Below, piece by piece: positions 28,660 to 38,549 of a stretch of 64,000 nucleotides of DNA. How positions within the stretch are numbered: position 1 is the stretch's first letter; each line of letters opens with the position of its first letter. The position numbers and the translations under genes are program-made. Source of the DNA: an uncultured delta proteobacterium. Lineage in GTDB: Bacteria > Myxococcota_A > Polyangia > Fen-1088. The stretch spans positions 1,952,001 through 2,016,000 of the forward strand of contig CAWCMR010000025.1 in the NCBI GenBank assembly GCA_963796685.1, written 5' to 3'. Under the pieces are notes generated by a model, which saw nothing but the letters and a program-made list of their open reading frames with translations, was not told the DNA's origin and made no database searches.

Positions 28660-30246
28660 ATGGCTGCCCAAGTTCCGTCGAGGAAGTATCGCATCGAGCG
28701 GTACCTCGCAGAAGGGGGCATGGGTGCGATCTATGTGGGTAAGAAGATTGGCCCGGGCGGCTTCGAAAAGGAAGTCGTTCTCAAGCAGCTCTTACCCGAG
28801 TTCACCAGCCGGCCTGAATTCCGCGACCTGTTTTTTCGCGAGGCCAAGATCTCGGCCACCCTCGACCACCAGAACATCGTGCGCACCTTCGATCTGGTGA
28901 ACTCGAACGACCGCTTGTTCATCGTCATGGAGTACGTGCGCGGGGCGGATCTGCGCACCATCGCCTGGCGCGCGCGTCGGCGCAAACCCTTGACGGTGCA
29001 GGCCATTTTGCACGTGGCCATCGAGATCCTGAACGGACTTGCGTACGCCCACAGCCGTCGCTCACCCACGGGCGAACCGCTCGGCATCATTCACCGCGAT
29101 CTGTCGCCGTCCAACATCCTCTGCTCCGGCGAAGGCGAGGTGAAGCTGTCCGATTTCGGCATCGCCAAGGCGGTGACCTATTCGTCGGTCTTCTATCGGG
29201 TTCGGGGCAAGGTCGGCTACATGTCGCCCGAAATGGCGCGCAACCAGCCCATCGACGCACGCAGCGACCTGTTTTCGCTCGGCGTAAGCATCTACGAGAC
29301 GCTCATCGGCGAGCGCATCTACACCGGCGATTTGAACACGCCACCGGACAAGATTTACGCCCAGGCGATTCCGTTGCTTGCCGTCAAGTGCCCGGGGCTG
29401 CCTGCCGGCCTGCAGCCCGTGCTCGACCGCGCGCTGGCCATCGATCGGACCGCCCGCTACCCGGACGCGGAGTCCTTCGCTACGGCCTTGCGGCAGGTGG
29501 CCATCGAGCATCGCCTGCTCTACTCGGCGCCGGAGCTGGCCGCCGAGTTGCGTGAGATCATGGGTTCCGATCCGGAGCACTGGCTCTCCGATCAGCGCGA
29601 TCCGACCCATGCGCGTAGCGTCCAGGCGGCCCGGGCGCAGAGCGCGCTGGCCGGCCACGAGGTGGATTCCCTGGTCGAGCCCGGCTCGGCCGGTCGATCC
29701 GGCAACGATCCGGACATCGAGGATCTGGCCACGCCACCGGCGCGCGCCTCGGCCTCCCTGCCGTCGGCCAGCAGCGGCTCGTCGAGTCGGATGCCGGCCG
29801 TTTCGTCCGCGCGGTCGTCGGGGCAGATGCCGGCACCATCATCGGGCGGGATGGCGGCCGCCACGAACCGAAGTAGAGAAGAAGAGCAGGTCACGCCGCC
29901 GCCGCCCGCACCGCTGCCTCCTGCCGTGCCCATGCTGAACCGGGCGGTCCAGGTTCCTCGTCTGCCCTTCAGGTTCCTGCGCTTCCACCTTTCGAGGCGC
30001 GCCGGCGGCGTCGCGGCCATCAAGCGCTCGCGGCGTGGGCTGTGGTTGCTGCTCCTGCTCGTTCTTGCCGTGTTGCTCGGATTCGCCTTCGTTCGCTTCT
30101 ACATCGGACCGGCCGTCCCGCGCGCGGGGGGAGGAGGGCGGTTCGAATCGTCGGCGCCACGAGCCCGGCTCTGCGACGCCCACCCCGACCGCAAGCACCT
30201 GGCGAGACTCTGCGCAAGCATGGGCTGCGCGAAGACTGAAGGTTGA
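28660..30246 (+). CDS. Hanks-type Ser/Thr protein kinase with TM segment
   Basis: LAEGGMG, VVLK, HRDLSPSN, DFG, GKVGYMSPE; Pro/Ser linker followed by a hydrophobic helix. Confidence 0.95.
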   Translation: MAAQVPSRKYRIERYLAEGGMGAIYVGKKIGPGGFEKEVVLKQLLPEFTSRPEFRDLFFREAKISATLDHQNIVRTFDLVNSNDRLFIVMEYVRGADLRTIAWRARRRKPLTVQAILHVAIEILNGLAYAHSRRSPTGEPLGIIHRDLSPSNILCSGEGEVKLSDFGIAKAVTYSSVFYRVRGKVGYMSPEMARNQPIDARSDLFSLGVSIYETLIGERIYTGDLNTPPDKIYAQAIPLLAVKCPGLPAGLQPVLDRALAIDRTARYPDAESFATALRQVAIEHRLLYSAPELAAELREIMGSDPEHWLSDQRDPTHARSVQAARAQSALAGHEVDSLVEPGSAGRSGNDPDIEDLATPPARASASLPSASSGSSSRMPAVSSARSSGQMPAPSSGGMAAATNRSREEEQVTPPPPAPLPPAVPMLNRAVQVPRLPFRFLRFHLSRRAGGVAAIKRSRRGLWLLLLLVLAVLLGFAFVRFYIGPAVPRAGGGGRFESSAPRARLCDAHPDRKHLARLCASMGCAKTEG

Positions 30247-30264
30247 CCGCATTTCCGGGCCAAC

Positions 30265-30615
30265 GTGTTTGAAGCCGCCATTGCATCCGTCCTGCTCGTG
30301 TACCTGGTCCTGCTCGGCACGCTGGGGGTCGAGCTGCAGCTCACCCTTGGGGCCGGATTGGCGCTGGTCGGGCTTCTGGGCGGGGGCGGCGCGGGAATCG
30401 TTTACCACCTGGCCCTGCGTCGGGCGCTCGAGCGTTTGGGCGCGAGCAAGCACGGCTGGTTGTGGTCGCCCGTATCGCGGCATCGTCTGCTCGATGACCA
30501 GGGACTGCGCGAGGTATTGCCCTGGTTTCGTCTGGGCGCAGCCGGCTTCTTCGTGTGCCTCGCAGGCATGGGTATGGTCACGGTTGCGGTGATCAAGGCG
30601 ATGGTTGCGCGCTGA
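30265..30615 (+). CDS. Small membrane protein
   Basis: Three hydrophobic segments; GIVYHLAL...WLWSP motif. Confidence 0.6.
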   Translation: MFEAAIASVLLVYLVLLGTLGVELQLTLGAGLALVGLLGGGGAGIVYHLALRRALERLGASKHGWLWSPVSRHRLLDDQGLREVLPWFRLGAAGFFVCLAGMGMVTVAVIKAMVAR

Positions 30616-30618
30616 ACG

Positions 30619-32094
30619 CTAGCTGCTCGGGTTCGGGCTCAGCGGGATTTGGATGGCGAGGGACGTGCCCATGCCCGGCTTGCCTTCCACGTCCAGGGTT
30701 CCGCCCAGGATGGCAATGCGCTCCTTCATGCCGAGCAATCCGAGAGAGCCGTAGCGTTTGATCTCTTCTTCGGTGATGCCGCGTCCGTTGTCCTTGATGG
30801 AAAGCGAGATATGCTCGGACGAGCAGGCGAGCCGGATGGAAACGCTGGTCGCGCTGGCGTGGCGGGTGACGTTGGTCAGGGCTTCCTGGCACACGCGAAA
30901 GAGCGGCGTGGCCAGATCGAACGGCAGCGAGAGGTCTTCGGGCACGTCGACCGTGCACGGGATCTGCGTGCGCGATTCGAAATCGTGGGCCAGCCATTCG
31001 ATGGCCGCGCCGAGACCCAGATCGTCGAGGATGCTCGGGCGCAGCTCGGAGGAAATGCGGCGCACACAGCGGATGGTGTCCTTGACCAGCTCGACCAGGG
31101 CGGCCACGCGCGCCGCCGCGTCCTTGTTTTCGGGATCGATTTGCCTGTCGAGAAAGGCCAGGTCCATCCCCATACAGGTCAGCGACTGGCCGAGCTCGTC
31201 GTGGATCTCGCGGGCGATGCGCACGCGCTCTTGTTCGCGCACCGATTCCACGTGGGCGGCCAGGGCGCGCAGCTGCTCGCGCGACCGGCGCTGTTCCTCC
31301 TGAAGCTGCCGTCGTTGGGTGATGTCGTGGCCCAGGCCGGTGGTTCCGATCACCTTTCCCGCGGCGTCGAAGACCGGCGACTTGAAGGTCTCGACCCAGC
31401 GCAGGACACCACGGTCCGAGATTTGTTCCTCGACCAGCTTCTGCTGCCGGGTTCGTATGACCTCCTGGTCGTCGGCGACGTACGCTGCTGCAAGCTCCTG
31501 CGGCCAAATGGCGAAGTCGTCGAGCCCCAGCAGCTCCGACGGGTGCGCCTTCCCGGCCGCCTTCGCGAAGGGCTCGTTGACAACCTGGAATTTTCCCTCG
31601 GTGTTCTTCAGCCAGGCCAGGTAGGGCAGGTTGTCGAGCATGCTGCGCAAGTAGGCCTCGCGCAGTGCCAGGGTCTCCTGGACCCGGCGGCGTTCGCTGA
31701 CATCACGGACGATACCGACCACGGCGGCGATATTGCCCGAGGGATCGCGAAACGGCACCAGACGGGTATCGATCCAAACCCTGTTGACGCTTAGATCTTG
31801 CTGGTCCTCGGTGACGACGGTTTCCCCGGTATGAAAGACGTGCTGGATGGCCAGGCTGTGACGGACGGCCAGGTCGTGGGGAAAGAGATCGCTCTGCGTG
31901 CGTCCCACGAGGTCCTCGGCTCTCCCGCCCATGGCGCGCGCCGCAACCTGATTCACGAACAAGACGCGCTCGTCTGGATCGACCACGAACACCATGTCCG
32001 GGAGGATCTCGAACACGGAGGACAGCCCTAGCCCGGTTTGGGTGAGAAGCTTCTCGATTTGGAAGATGTCCACCATGACGGCCGCGCGACGCAT
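30619..32094 (-). CDS. Cytoplasmic PAS-PAS sensor histidine kinase (HisKA_3 type)
   Basis: Two PAS/PAC domains, RIAREIHDELGQ, QEALTNV, DNGRG, GLLGMKER; true start near 32094/32076. Confidence 0.92.
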   Translation of the reverse strand: MRRAAVMVDIFQIEKLLTQTGLGLSSVFEILPDMVFVVDPDERVLFVNQVAARAMGGRAEDLVGRTQSDLFPHDLAVRHSLAIQHVFHTGETVVTEDQQDLSVNRVWIDTRLVPFRDPSGNIAAVVGIVRDVSERRRVQETLALREAYLRSMLDNLPYLAWLKNTEGKFQVVNEPFAKAAGKAHPSELLGLDDFAIWPQELAAAYVADDQEVIRTRQQKLVEEQISDRGVLRWVETFKSPVFDAAGKVIGTTGLGHDITQRRQLQEEQRRSREQLRALAAHVESVREQERVRIAREIHDELGQSLTCMGMDLAFLDRQIDPENKDAAARVAALVELVKDTIRCVRRISSELRPSILDDLGLGAAIEWLAHDFESRTQIPCTVDVPEDLSLPFDLATPLFRVCQEALTNVTRHASATSVSIRLACSSEHISLSIKDNGRGITEEEIKRYGSLGLLGMKERIAILGGTLDVEGKPGMGTSLAIQIPLSPNPSS

Positions 32095-32157
32095 TCTACC
32101 CCCTTGGAAAGTGCCGTGTGACGAAATGGCGTGTTGCGTGTTAGCTTTCGCACCGTC

Positions 32158-33468
32158 ATGAAAATCGCCGTTATTGGGACCGGCTACGTCGGTCTGGTTG
32201 CAGGGGCCGGCTTCGCCGACATGGGCAGCGACGTTGTGTGCGCGGATATCGACGCCGCCAAGATCGCCATGCTCGGGCGCGGCGAGATTCCAATCTACGA
32301 GCCAGGGCTGGAAAAGCTCATCGCGCACAACGTCCGGGAAGGGCGCTTGTCCTTCACCACCGACGTTCCCGCCGCCGTGGCCGGAAGCGCAGTGGTCTTC
32401 TTGGCCGTGGGCACGCCGCCACTGGCCGACGGCTCGGCCGATCTCAGCCACACCTTTGCGGCCGCCGAGACTGTCGCGCGCTCTCTTACCGGCTTCACCG
32501 TCATCGTGACCAAGTCCACGGTGCCGGTGGGCACGGGAGACCGAATCGAAGACATCGCGCGCAAGCACGCCCGGTGCGAGCTCGCGGTGGTTTCCAACCC
32601 CGAGTTCCTGAAGGAGGGCGATGCGGTGGGTGACTTCATGAAGCCCGACCGGATCGTCGTGGGCACCAGCGACGCGCGCGCCATCGCCGCGCTGCAGGCG
32701 CTCTATGCGCCCTTCACGCGCTCGAGCGATCGCATGCTGGTCATGGACCGTCGCTCGGCCGAGCTGACCAAGTACGCCGCCAATTCCATGCTGGCCACGC
32801 GCATCTCGTTCATGAACGACCTGGCCAATCTCTGCGATGCCGTCGGGGCGGACATCGAGTGCGTGCGCAAAGGCATGGGGTCGGACGCGCGCATCGGAAC
32901 CAAGTTCCTGTACGCGGGGGTCGGGTTCGGTGGCAGTTGCTTCCCCAAGGATCTGCGCGCGGCCATCAGTACCGGGGACGAGGCGGGCGTACCCCTGCGT
33001 GTCCTCCAAGCCGTGGTGGCCGTGAACGAGAGGCAGAAACACCGGCTGTCTGCGGACATCCTGCGCTTCTTTCACGGCGACCTCGCCGGCAAGCGCATCG
33101 CCCTGTGGGGGCTCGCGTTCAAGCCAGGCACCGACGATCTGCGCGAGGCAGCGGCCCTGGTGCTGGCCGAGGATCTCCTGGCCGCGGGAGCCGAGGTCGT
33201 GGCGACCGATCCGGTGGCCATTTCCGCCGCCCAAAAACTGCTGGGCCAGCGGGTACGCTTCGCGGCCTCGAATTACGACTGTGCCGAGGGCGCGGACGCG
33301 CTTGCACTGGTCACCGAGTGGCGCGACTACCGCCGTCCCAACTTCAAGCGCCTGGCCGGCCTCATGCGCGGCAAGGCACTGTTCGACGGACGCAACATCT
33401 GGGAGCCCTCCGAAGTGCGTGCCGCCGGGCTCGACTACCACGGTATCGGGAGAGGGCACAGAGGGTAA
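32158..33468 (+). CDS. ugd: UDP-glucose 6-dehydrogenase
   Basis: MKIAVIGTGYVGL, KSTVPVG, NPEFLKEG, GFGGSCFPKD, GLAFKPGTDDLRE. Confidence 0.95.
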   Translation: MKIAVIGTGYVGLVAGAGFADMGSDVVCADIDAAKIAMLGRGEIPIYEPGLEKLIAHNVREGRLSFTTDVPAAVAGSAVVFLAVGTPPLADGSADLSHTFAAAETVARSLTGFTVIVTKSTVPVGTGDRIEDIARKHARCELAVVSNPEFLKEGDAVGDFMKPDRIVVGTSDARAIAALQALYAPFTRSSDRMLVMDRRSAELTKYAANSMLATRISFMNDLANLCDAVGADIECVRKGMGSDARIGTKFLYAGVGFGGSCFPKDLRAAISTGDEAGVPLRVLQAVVAVNERQKHRLSADILRFFHGDLAGKRIALWGLAFKPGTDDLREAAALVLAEDLLAAGAEVVATDPVAISAAQKLLGQRVRFAASNYDCAEGADALALVTEWRDYRRPNFKRLAGLMRGKALFDGRNIWEPSEVRAAGLDYHGIGRGHRG

Positions 33469-33740
33469 CAGGAGAGGGCGCAGAGCTTTCCGCGATAGCC
33501 GCAGAAGGTCGTGGCCCTGGCCGATTGTCATGGCCGTCGGCCAGGACGGCGAAGACGCCTACGGATACGGCAAGCCGTCCCCGTCCACGTCCACGGCCAC
33601 GGTAGGCCGTCTACGTCCGAGGCCACCCGTCATCCCTCCGATTGAGTCAACGGAACACAACCTTCTATTTCCGCGTTTTCTCTGTGCTCTCCCTGCTTCT
33701 GTGTTCCCTCTTCTTCCGGATGCTCTTCTCTGCGCTCTCT
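33449..33740. repeat. Nested imperfect inverted-repeat element with CACAGAG/CTCTGTG arms
   Basis: Left arm GAGAGGGCACAGAG...AGAGGGCGCAGAG; right arm CTCTGTGCTCTC...CTCTGCGCTCTCT; internal GTCCAC/GGCCAC hexamer repeats. Confidence 0.55.
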
Positions 33741-34458
33741 ACTTCTTGGGCTTGCGCGCTTTTTCCAGCTCCTGCACGGCCTCGGTGATGCGGTTGAAGA
33801 TCTTGGCCAACTTTTCGCGAAACTTTCCCAAGTCTTTGCCGAAGTAGCGGTCGGGGTGCAGTTCCTTCGAGGCGGCCCCGAAGGCGCGCTTGATGGCGGC
33901 GCTGTCCGCGTCCTTGGCGACCCCGAGCAGCTCGTGCGGCGCCAGTTTGCGCATGCGCCGGTGCAAGCGGATGAGGCGCTTCTTGGTCTCCTCCGAGAGA
34001 TCGGGTCCTTCGACGAGCTCGCTGGGATCCACGGGGCCGCCATCGTCCAAACGCTCCAGCATGGAGACCTGTCCGATTTCGGCCTCGCCGGATTTGCCCC
34101 CGGCTCGTTCTTGCGCCTGGCGCAACATATCGTCCGTGACCACGACGGGCGGAGGGGTCTTGGGGTGAAAATCCGGGTTCGTCGAGCGCAGCGAGCGCTG
34201 GGGTCTGCGCGGGGGGGCGGTTTCGCCCGGGCCCAGGATGAGCTTTTCCGTCTTCAGCTTGCGCAGGATCGCCAGCGTCTCTTCCCGGCCGAGCGAGGAC
34301 ATGCGGCAGACCTCGTCGTAGCTGGCGCGGCCGTCGATGCGCGAGAGGATGAATCCTTCGGTGGGGGTGAGCTTGAGCTGGGTGAAATCGAGGTCGGAAT
34401 TGAGTCGCGGCTTGTCGCTCTTGGCCCCGAGCCCGGAGATTTCATCGCGTGTTGCCAT
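33739..34458 (-). CDS. DnaJ-domain protein
   Basis: C-terminal J domain ELLGV...IKRAF...KELHPDRY; N-terminal LTPTEGFILSRIDG winged helix. Confidence 0.85.
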   Translation of the reverse strand: MATRDEISGLGAKSDKPRLNSDLDFTQLKLTPTEGFILSRIDGRASYDEVCRMSSLGREETLAILRKLKTEKLILGPGETAPPRRPQRSLRSTNPDFHPKTPPPVVVTDDMLRQAQERAGGKSGEAEIGQVSMLERLDDGGPVDPSELVEGPDLSEETKKRLIRLHRRMRKLAPHELLGVAKDADSAAIKRAFGAASKELHPDRYFGKDLGKFREKLAKIFNRITEAVQELEKARKPKK

Positions 34459-34482
34459 AGGCGCCCCTATCGTGATCCCAAG

Positions 34483-35439
34483 CTAGGGCAGCAGCCACTC
34501 GAGCAGGGCTTTCTGCGCGTGCAGCCGATTCTCCGCCTCCTGCCAAACGACGCTGGCGGGCCCCTCGATGACCTCGTCGGTGATTTCCTCGCCCCGGTGT
34601 GCGGGAAGGCAGTGCAGCACGATGGCCTGGGCGTCCGCGGCGCCGACCAGTTTACGATCCAGGCAGTACCCGACGAAGGCCTTCCGCCGCGCCTCGACCT
34701 CGGTCTCCTTGCCCATGGACGCGAACACGTCGGTGGAGAGGATGTGGCGGCTGGCCACGGCCTCGCGCGGATCTTGCGTGAGGTGGATCCTGCCCTTGCC
34801 GGTGCCCCTGGCCCGGGCCAAAACGTCGGTGCTCGGCTCGTAATTCTTGGGACAGGCCAGCGCGAGGTCGAGCCCGAGCAGCCCGGCCGCCTCGACCCAC
34901 GTGTTGGCCATGTTGTTGCCATCCCCGACCCACGCGTAGCGCACGCTGCGCAGAACCGACAGCACGTCGGGCGCCTGGCCCGCGGGAGTGCGGCCTGCAA
35001 CATGGGCGTACACCGTTTGCAGATCGGCCAGCACTTGGCAGGGATGCAGCAGATCGGTCAGGCCGTTGATCACCGGAACCGACGCATACTTGGCCAGCTC
35101 TTGCGCGCCCTCGTGCGCGAAGGTGCGCACCATGATGCCGTGGCAGTAGCGTGCCATCACCCGCGCGGTGTCCTTGATGGGTTCGCCTCGACCAAGTTGC
35201 GAATCGTTGCGGCCGATGATCACCGCGTGCCCGCCCAGCTCCTCGATGGCCACTTCGAAGCTCACGCGGGTTCGGGTCGAGGCCTTCTCGAAGATGAGCG
35301 CCAGCATGCGCCCCGGCCGCGTCGCATGCGGCTCGCGCATCTGGCGGAGGAAGCGCAGCTCCTCCGCGCGTCGGATGAGCATGGCCAGCTCCACGTCGCT
35401 GACGTCAAATAGGCTCAGAAAATCGCGTTTCTTGTCCAT
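34483..35439 (-). CDS. argF: Ornithine carbamoyltransferase
   Basis: STRTRVSF, HPCQ, SMG, HCLP. Confidence 0.96.
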   Translation of the reverse strand: MDKKRDFLSLFDVSDVELAMLIRRAEELRFLRQMREPHATRPGRMLALIFEKASTRTRVSFEVAIEELGGHAVIIGRNDSQLGRGEPIKDTARVMARYCHGIMVRTFAHEGAQELAKYASVPVINGLTDLLHPCQVLADLQTVYAHVAGRTPAGQAPDVLSVLRSVRYAWVGDGNNMANTWVEAAGLLGLDLALACPKNYEPSTDVLARARGTGKGRIHLTQDPREAVASRHILSTDVFASMGKETEVEARRKAFVGYCLDRKLVGAADAQAIVLHCLPAHRGEEITDEVIEGPASVVWQEAENRLHAQKALLEWLLP

Positions 35440-35490
35440 GGTCTCTTGTTCTCTCGCTCTTGTCTCTCGCTTGCTCTCACCTTGGCTTCG

Positions 35491-36690
35491 CTAGCCTTCG
35501 ACCAGCACCTCGTCCAGGATGGCCACGGCCTCGTCAATCTCGTCTTTGCCCACCACCAGGGGCGGAGCAAAACGCACCACCTGCCCGCCCGCCACGGACA
35601 GCAGCAGCCCGCGGTCGCGTGCCTTCTGCACCACCGGGGCGGCTTCACCGTCGAGCACCAGGCCCTGCAGCAGTCCCCGGCCGCGCGTTCCCCGCGTCTT
35701 CGGCCGACGCCGCTCGGCCAAGCGCGACAGCGCCGAGCCCAGGTGCGCTCCCATTTCCTTGCACTGGGCAAGCAGGCCTTGCTCGTCGATGGCCTGCTGG
35801 ATGTAAAGGGCGGCGGCGCATGCCAGGGGGTTGCCGCCGAAGGTGGAGGCATGGGTGCCGGGCTCGAAGGCGCGTTCGACCTCGTCGCTGGCCAGCATGG
35901 CGCCCATGGGTACGCCACCTGCCAGGCCCTTGGCCAGGGTGACGATGTCGGGCACCATGGCCTCGCGCTCGAAGGCATAGAACGTTCCGGTGCGGCCCAC
36001 GCCGGTTTGAATCTCGTCGAAGATGAGCAGGGCCCCCCGCTCGCTGCACAGCCGGCGCAGCTCTTGCAAATAGCCGGGCGGCGGCAGGTTGATGCCGCCC
36101 TCGGCCTGGATGGGCTCGGCGATGACCGCGCAGGTGCGGTCGCTGATGGCCAGACGCGCGGCCTCGGCGTCGCCGAACGGGATGAAGCGAACGTCGCCCA
36201 CCATGGGGCCGAAGCCTTGCCTGTACTTGGCTTGGCCGGTCACCGAGAGCGCGCCCATGGTGCGGCCGTGAAAGCTGTTCTCGAAAGAGATGAATTCGAC
36301 CCGCTGGGGCTTGCCGCGCACCACGGCCTGGTAGCGCCGCGCCAACTTGAGCGCCGCCTCGTTGGCCTCGGCACCCGAGTTGCAGAAGAACATCTTGCCG
36401 GCAAAGGCGCGCTTGGACAGGGCCTCGGCCAGACGAATCTGCGTCTCGATGAAATACAGGTTCGAGGTGTGGTGCAGCCGCGCCGCCTGCAGGGCGATGG
36501 CCTCCGCCAGGCCCTGGTGGCCGTGCCCGAGGATGCACACCGCGATGCCGGCGGTCATGTCGAGGAAACGGCGGCCGTCGACATCCCACAGCACGCAACC
36601 TTCGCCCCGCGACATGACAATGGGCGCGCGACCATAGTTGTTGATGAGTAGTTTTCGCCCCGTGGCGAGTAGTTGATCTGAGAGCGTCAT
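35491..36690 (-). CDS. argD: Acetylornithine aminotransferase
   Basis: NSGAEANE, SFHGRT, EPIQAEGG, DEIQTGVGRTG, AKGLAGG, TFGGNP. Confidence 0.94.
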   Translation of the reverse strand: MTLSDQLLATGRKLLINNYGRAPIVMSRGEGCVLWDVDGRRFLDMTAGIAVCILGHGHQGLAEAIALQAARLHHTSNLYFIETQIRLAEALSKRAFAGKMFFCNSGAEANEAALKLARRYQAVVRGKPQRVEFISFENSFHGRTMGALSVTGQAKYRQGFGPMVGDVRFIPFGDAEAARLAISDRTCAVIAEPIQAEGGINLPPPGYLQELRRLCSERGALLIFDEIQTGVGRTGTFYAFEREAMVPDIVTLAKGLAGGVPMGAMLASDEVERAFEPGTHASTFGGNPLACAAALYIQQAIDEQGLLAQCKEMGAHLGSALSRLAERRRPKTRGTRGRGLLQGLVLDGEAAPVVQKARDRGLLLSVAGGQVVRFAPPLVVGKDEIDEAVAILDEVLVEG

Positions 36691-36756
36691 CGAAAGGGCT
36701 AACCATAACAGAAACTCGGGCGACCATTGATCGTCAGATCGTCGATTTTGCCGCGC

Positions 36757-37533
36757 CTAGAACAGTCGCAGCTTCACGCCGATACGAAGCAAATCGAGCC
36801 CGGAACGCAGCGCCGCCGCCGGGCGCAGCTTGGACCCTGGGACGTCGGTCCACGCCAGCAGAGGCTCCTCGCGAATCCTGCTTTCGGAGATACCCGCGAT
36901 TCCGGCGCGTGGGCGTAGCAGGCGCGCGAGCAGCTCGACATCGAAGACCCAGCGCGAAATGAATGGCTGGTCGAGTGCCGCCGCCAGGGCATCGGTGCGG
37001 AGGAAGAGCTTGGCCCCGCACTGGGTGTCGTAAACCGGCAGGTTGAGGCTGAGGCTGGCACACGTCGCGAATATGCGGCCGAGGTAGTGGCGTGCATGCT
37101 TGCGCTCGATGGTGCGGCCCAGGAGCTGAACGCGCGAGCCCATCAAGATGTCGTACGCGCCCGCGCGCATGATGGCGGCCAGGCGAAGCAGCTCGCGCGG
37201 CGGGGTCGCGAGATCGGCGTCGACGAATCCGACGATCGGGCTACTCTGGGAAAGGGCGCGCAGCATGCCCTGGCGCACGGCCTCGGCCTTGCCTGAATTC
37301 TCGGGCAGGGCGATGACTTCGATTTGGGCGGGCCGCTGTTCGGCGATGGCGCGCAGGCAAGCCGGGGTCTCGTCCCGGGAGCCATCGTCGACGAAGATCA
37401 GGGATGCCGGCGCGTTTTCGTCCAAGAAGGCGAGAAAGGCCGGGCCATCGATGCGTCCGGCCTCCTCGAAGCACGGGACGACCCACGCGATGCGATCGGT
37501 TCGTTCGGTCCGGTCGGCGTGGTCGGTGGTCAT
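36757..37533 (-). CDS. Glycosyltransferase family 2 (dolichyl-phosphate glucosyltransferase-like)
   Basis: VVPCFEE, VDDGS, GKAEAVRQG, DADL, DTQCGAK, FDVE. Confidence 0.9.
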   Translation of the reverse strand: MTTDHADRTERTDRIAWVVPCFEEAGRIDGPAFLAFLDENAPASLIFVDDGSRDETPACLRAIAEQRPAQIEVIALPENSGKAEAVRQGMLRALSQSSPIVGFVDADLATPPRELLRLAAIMRAGAYDILMGSRVQLLGRTIERKHARHYLGRIFATCASLSLNLPVYDTQCGAKLFLRTDALAAALDQPFISRWVFDVELLARLLRPRAGIAGISESRIREEPLLAWTDVPGSKLRPAAALRSGLDLLRIGVKLRLF

Positions 37534-38303
37534 CGGCGTTGGGCCAGCACCCAGGTTGAAAGACCCGCGAAAGGAAGGCGAAACCGCGAGGCGATGCTCG
37601 AGCAGTGCGCATCCAGGGAAAGCACCGCCGTCACCGCTGCGGTGACGACCCGTCCGTGTTTCCAGGCCCCCAGGGAGGTTTCGATGTGCGACGGCTCATG
37701 GACGACGTGGACGGAATTCTCGTTCGCCAACACCTCGCCCAGCTTGGCGGCAGCGCGGGGCAAGAGCAGGCTGGCGAAGAGCGCGCCGTGATCGACGATG
37801 GCAAGCCCCGCGTTCTTGGCCAGGTCGCACAACCGGGCGGGTGCGTACCGTCGCCGGTGGCCGAGGAGCCTGTCGTGGCGCGAGAAGAGCGCCTGGATAG
37901 CCGGCACGCTGAGGAGCATCCAGCCTCCGGTCTCGAGCAGGGTCGCGGCCGCCTCGCGCAGGGTCGCCACATCGTCCTCGACGTGCTCGAGCACATCGAG
38001 CATCAGGACGAGATCGTGCTTTGCCGTGGGTTTGTGTGCGGTGAAGGACAAGCGCGCATCGCGGGAGGACTTCTCTCGTACCCAGCTGGCGTCGTAACCC
38101 GGATCGAAGCAGGTAAGCCGCGCCACCGCCGGCAGGTCCGCCAGCAGCCGCCGAGCGAGATATCCGTCGCCCGATCCGATGTCGAGGGCCGAAAGCCCAT
38201 GGCCGGTCACGCGCCTGCGCAGGCGGCGAATGAGGAAATCCGCGCGCACGATTTCCCAGGGATGGCGCGCGAACGGGCGGGCGGGCAGCTCCTTCAGGTC
38301 CAT
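37530..38303 (-). CDS. Class I SAM-dependent methyltransferase
   Basis: RHPWE, LDIGSGDG, DVLEH, HDRLLGHRRRY; ATGA overlap with the GT2 gene. Confidence 0.88.
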   Translation of the reverse strand: MDLKELPARPFARHPWEIVRADFLIRRLRRRVTGHGLSALDIGSGDGYLARRLLADLPAVARLTCFDPGYDASWVREKSSRDARLSFTAHKPTAKHDLVLMLDVLEHVEDDVATLREAAATLLETGGWMLLSVPAIQALFSRHDRLLGHRRRYAPARLCDLAKNAGLAIVDHGALFASLLLPRAAAKLGEVLANENSVHVVHEPSHIETSLGAWKHGRVVTAAVTAVLSLDAHCSSIASRFRLPFAGLSTWVLAQRR

Positions 38304-38549
38304 GCACCATTGCCCTGTGCAGGCAGGGCCAGGATTCGTTGGCGCCCGGCCAGGGCCGGCGGTGGTGCGGGTAAGCGTTGCTGCTTCGCCACGTGCCCAG
38401 GGTACCACGCCCGCCGGTGCCATTCCCAGGATCGGTGTGGTCGATCCGGTGTCGGCCGGAGCGGATCCCGACGCAAGTAAAGTACCGGGGCCTATCTGCC
38501 GAGCGATCGGTTGCCACGAATGGAATGACTTCAACCAGGAACAGCACCC

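Noticed and set aside
32095-33531. 970-aa histidine kinase with a long N-terminus
   Set aside because: The extension is the antisense of ugd; the kinase starts near 32094.
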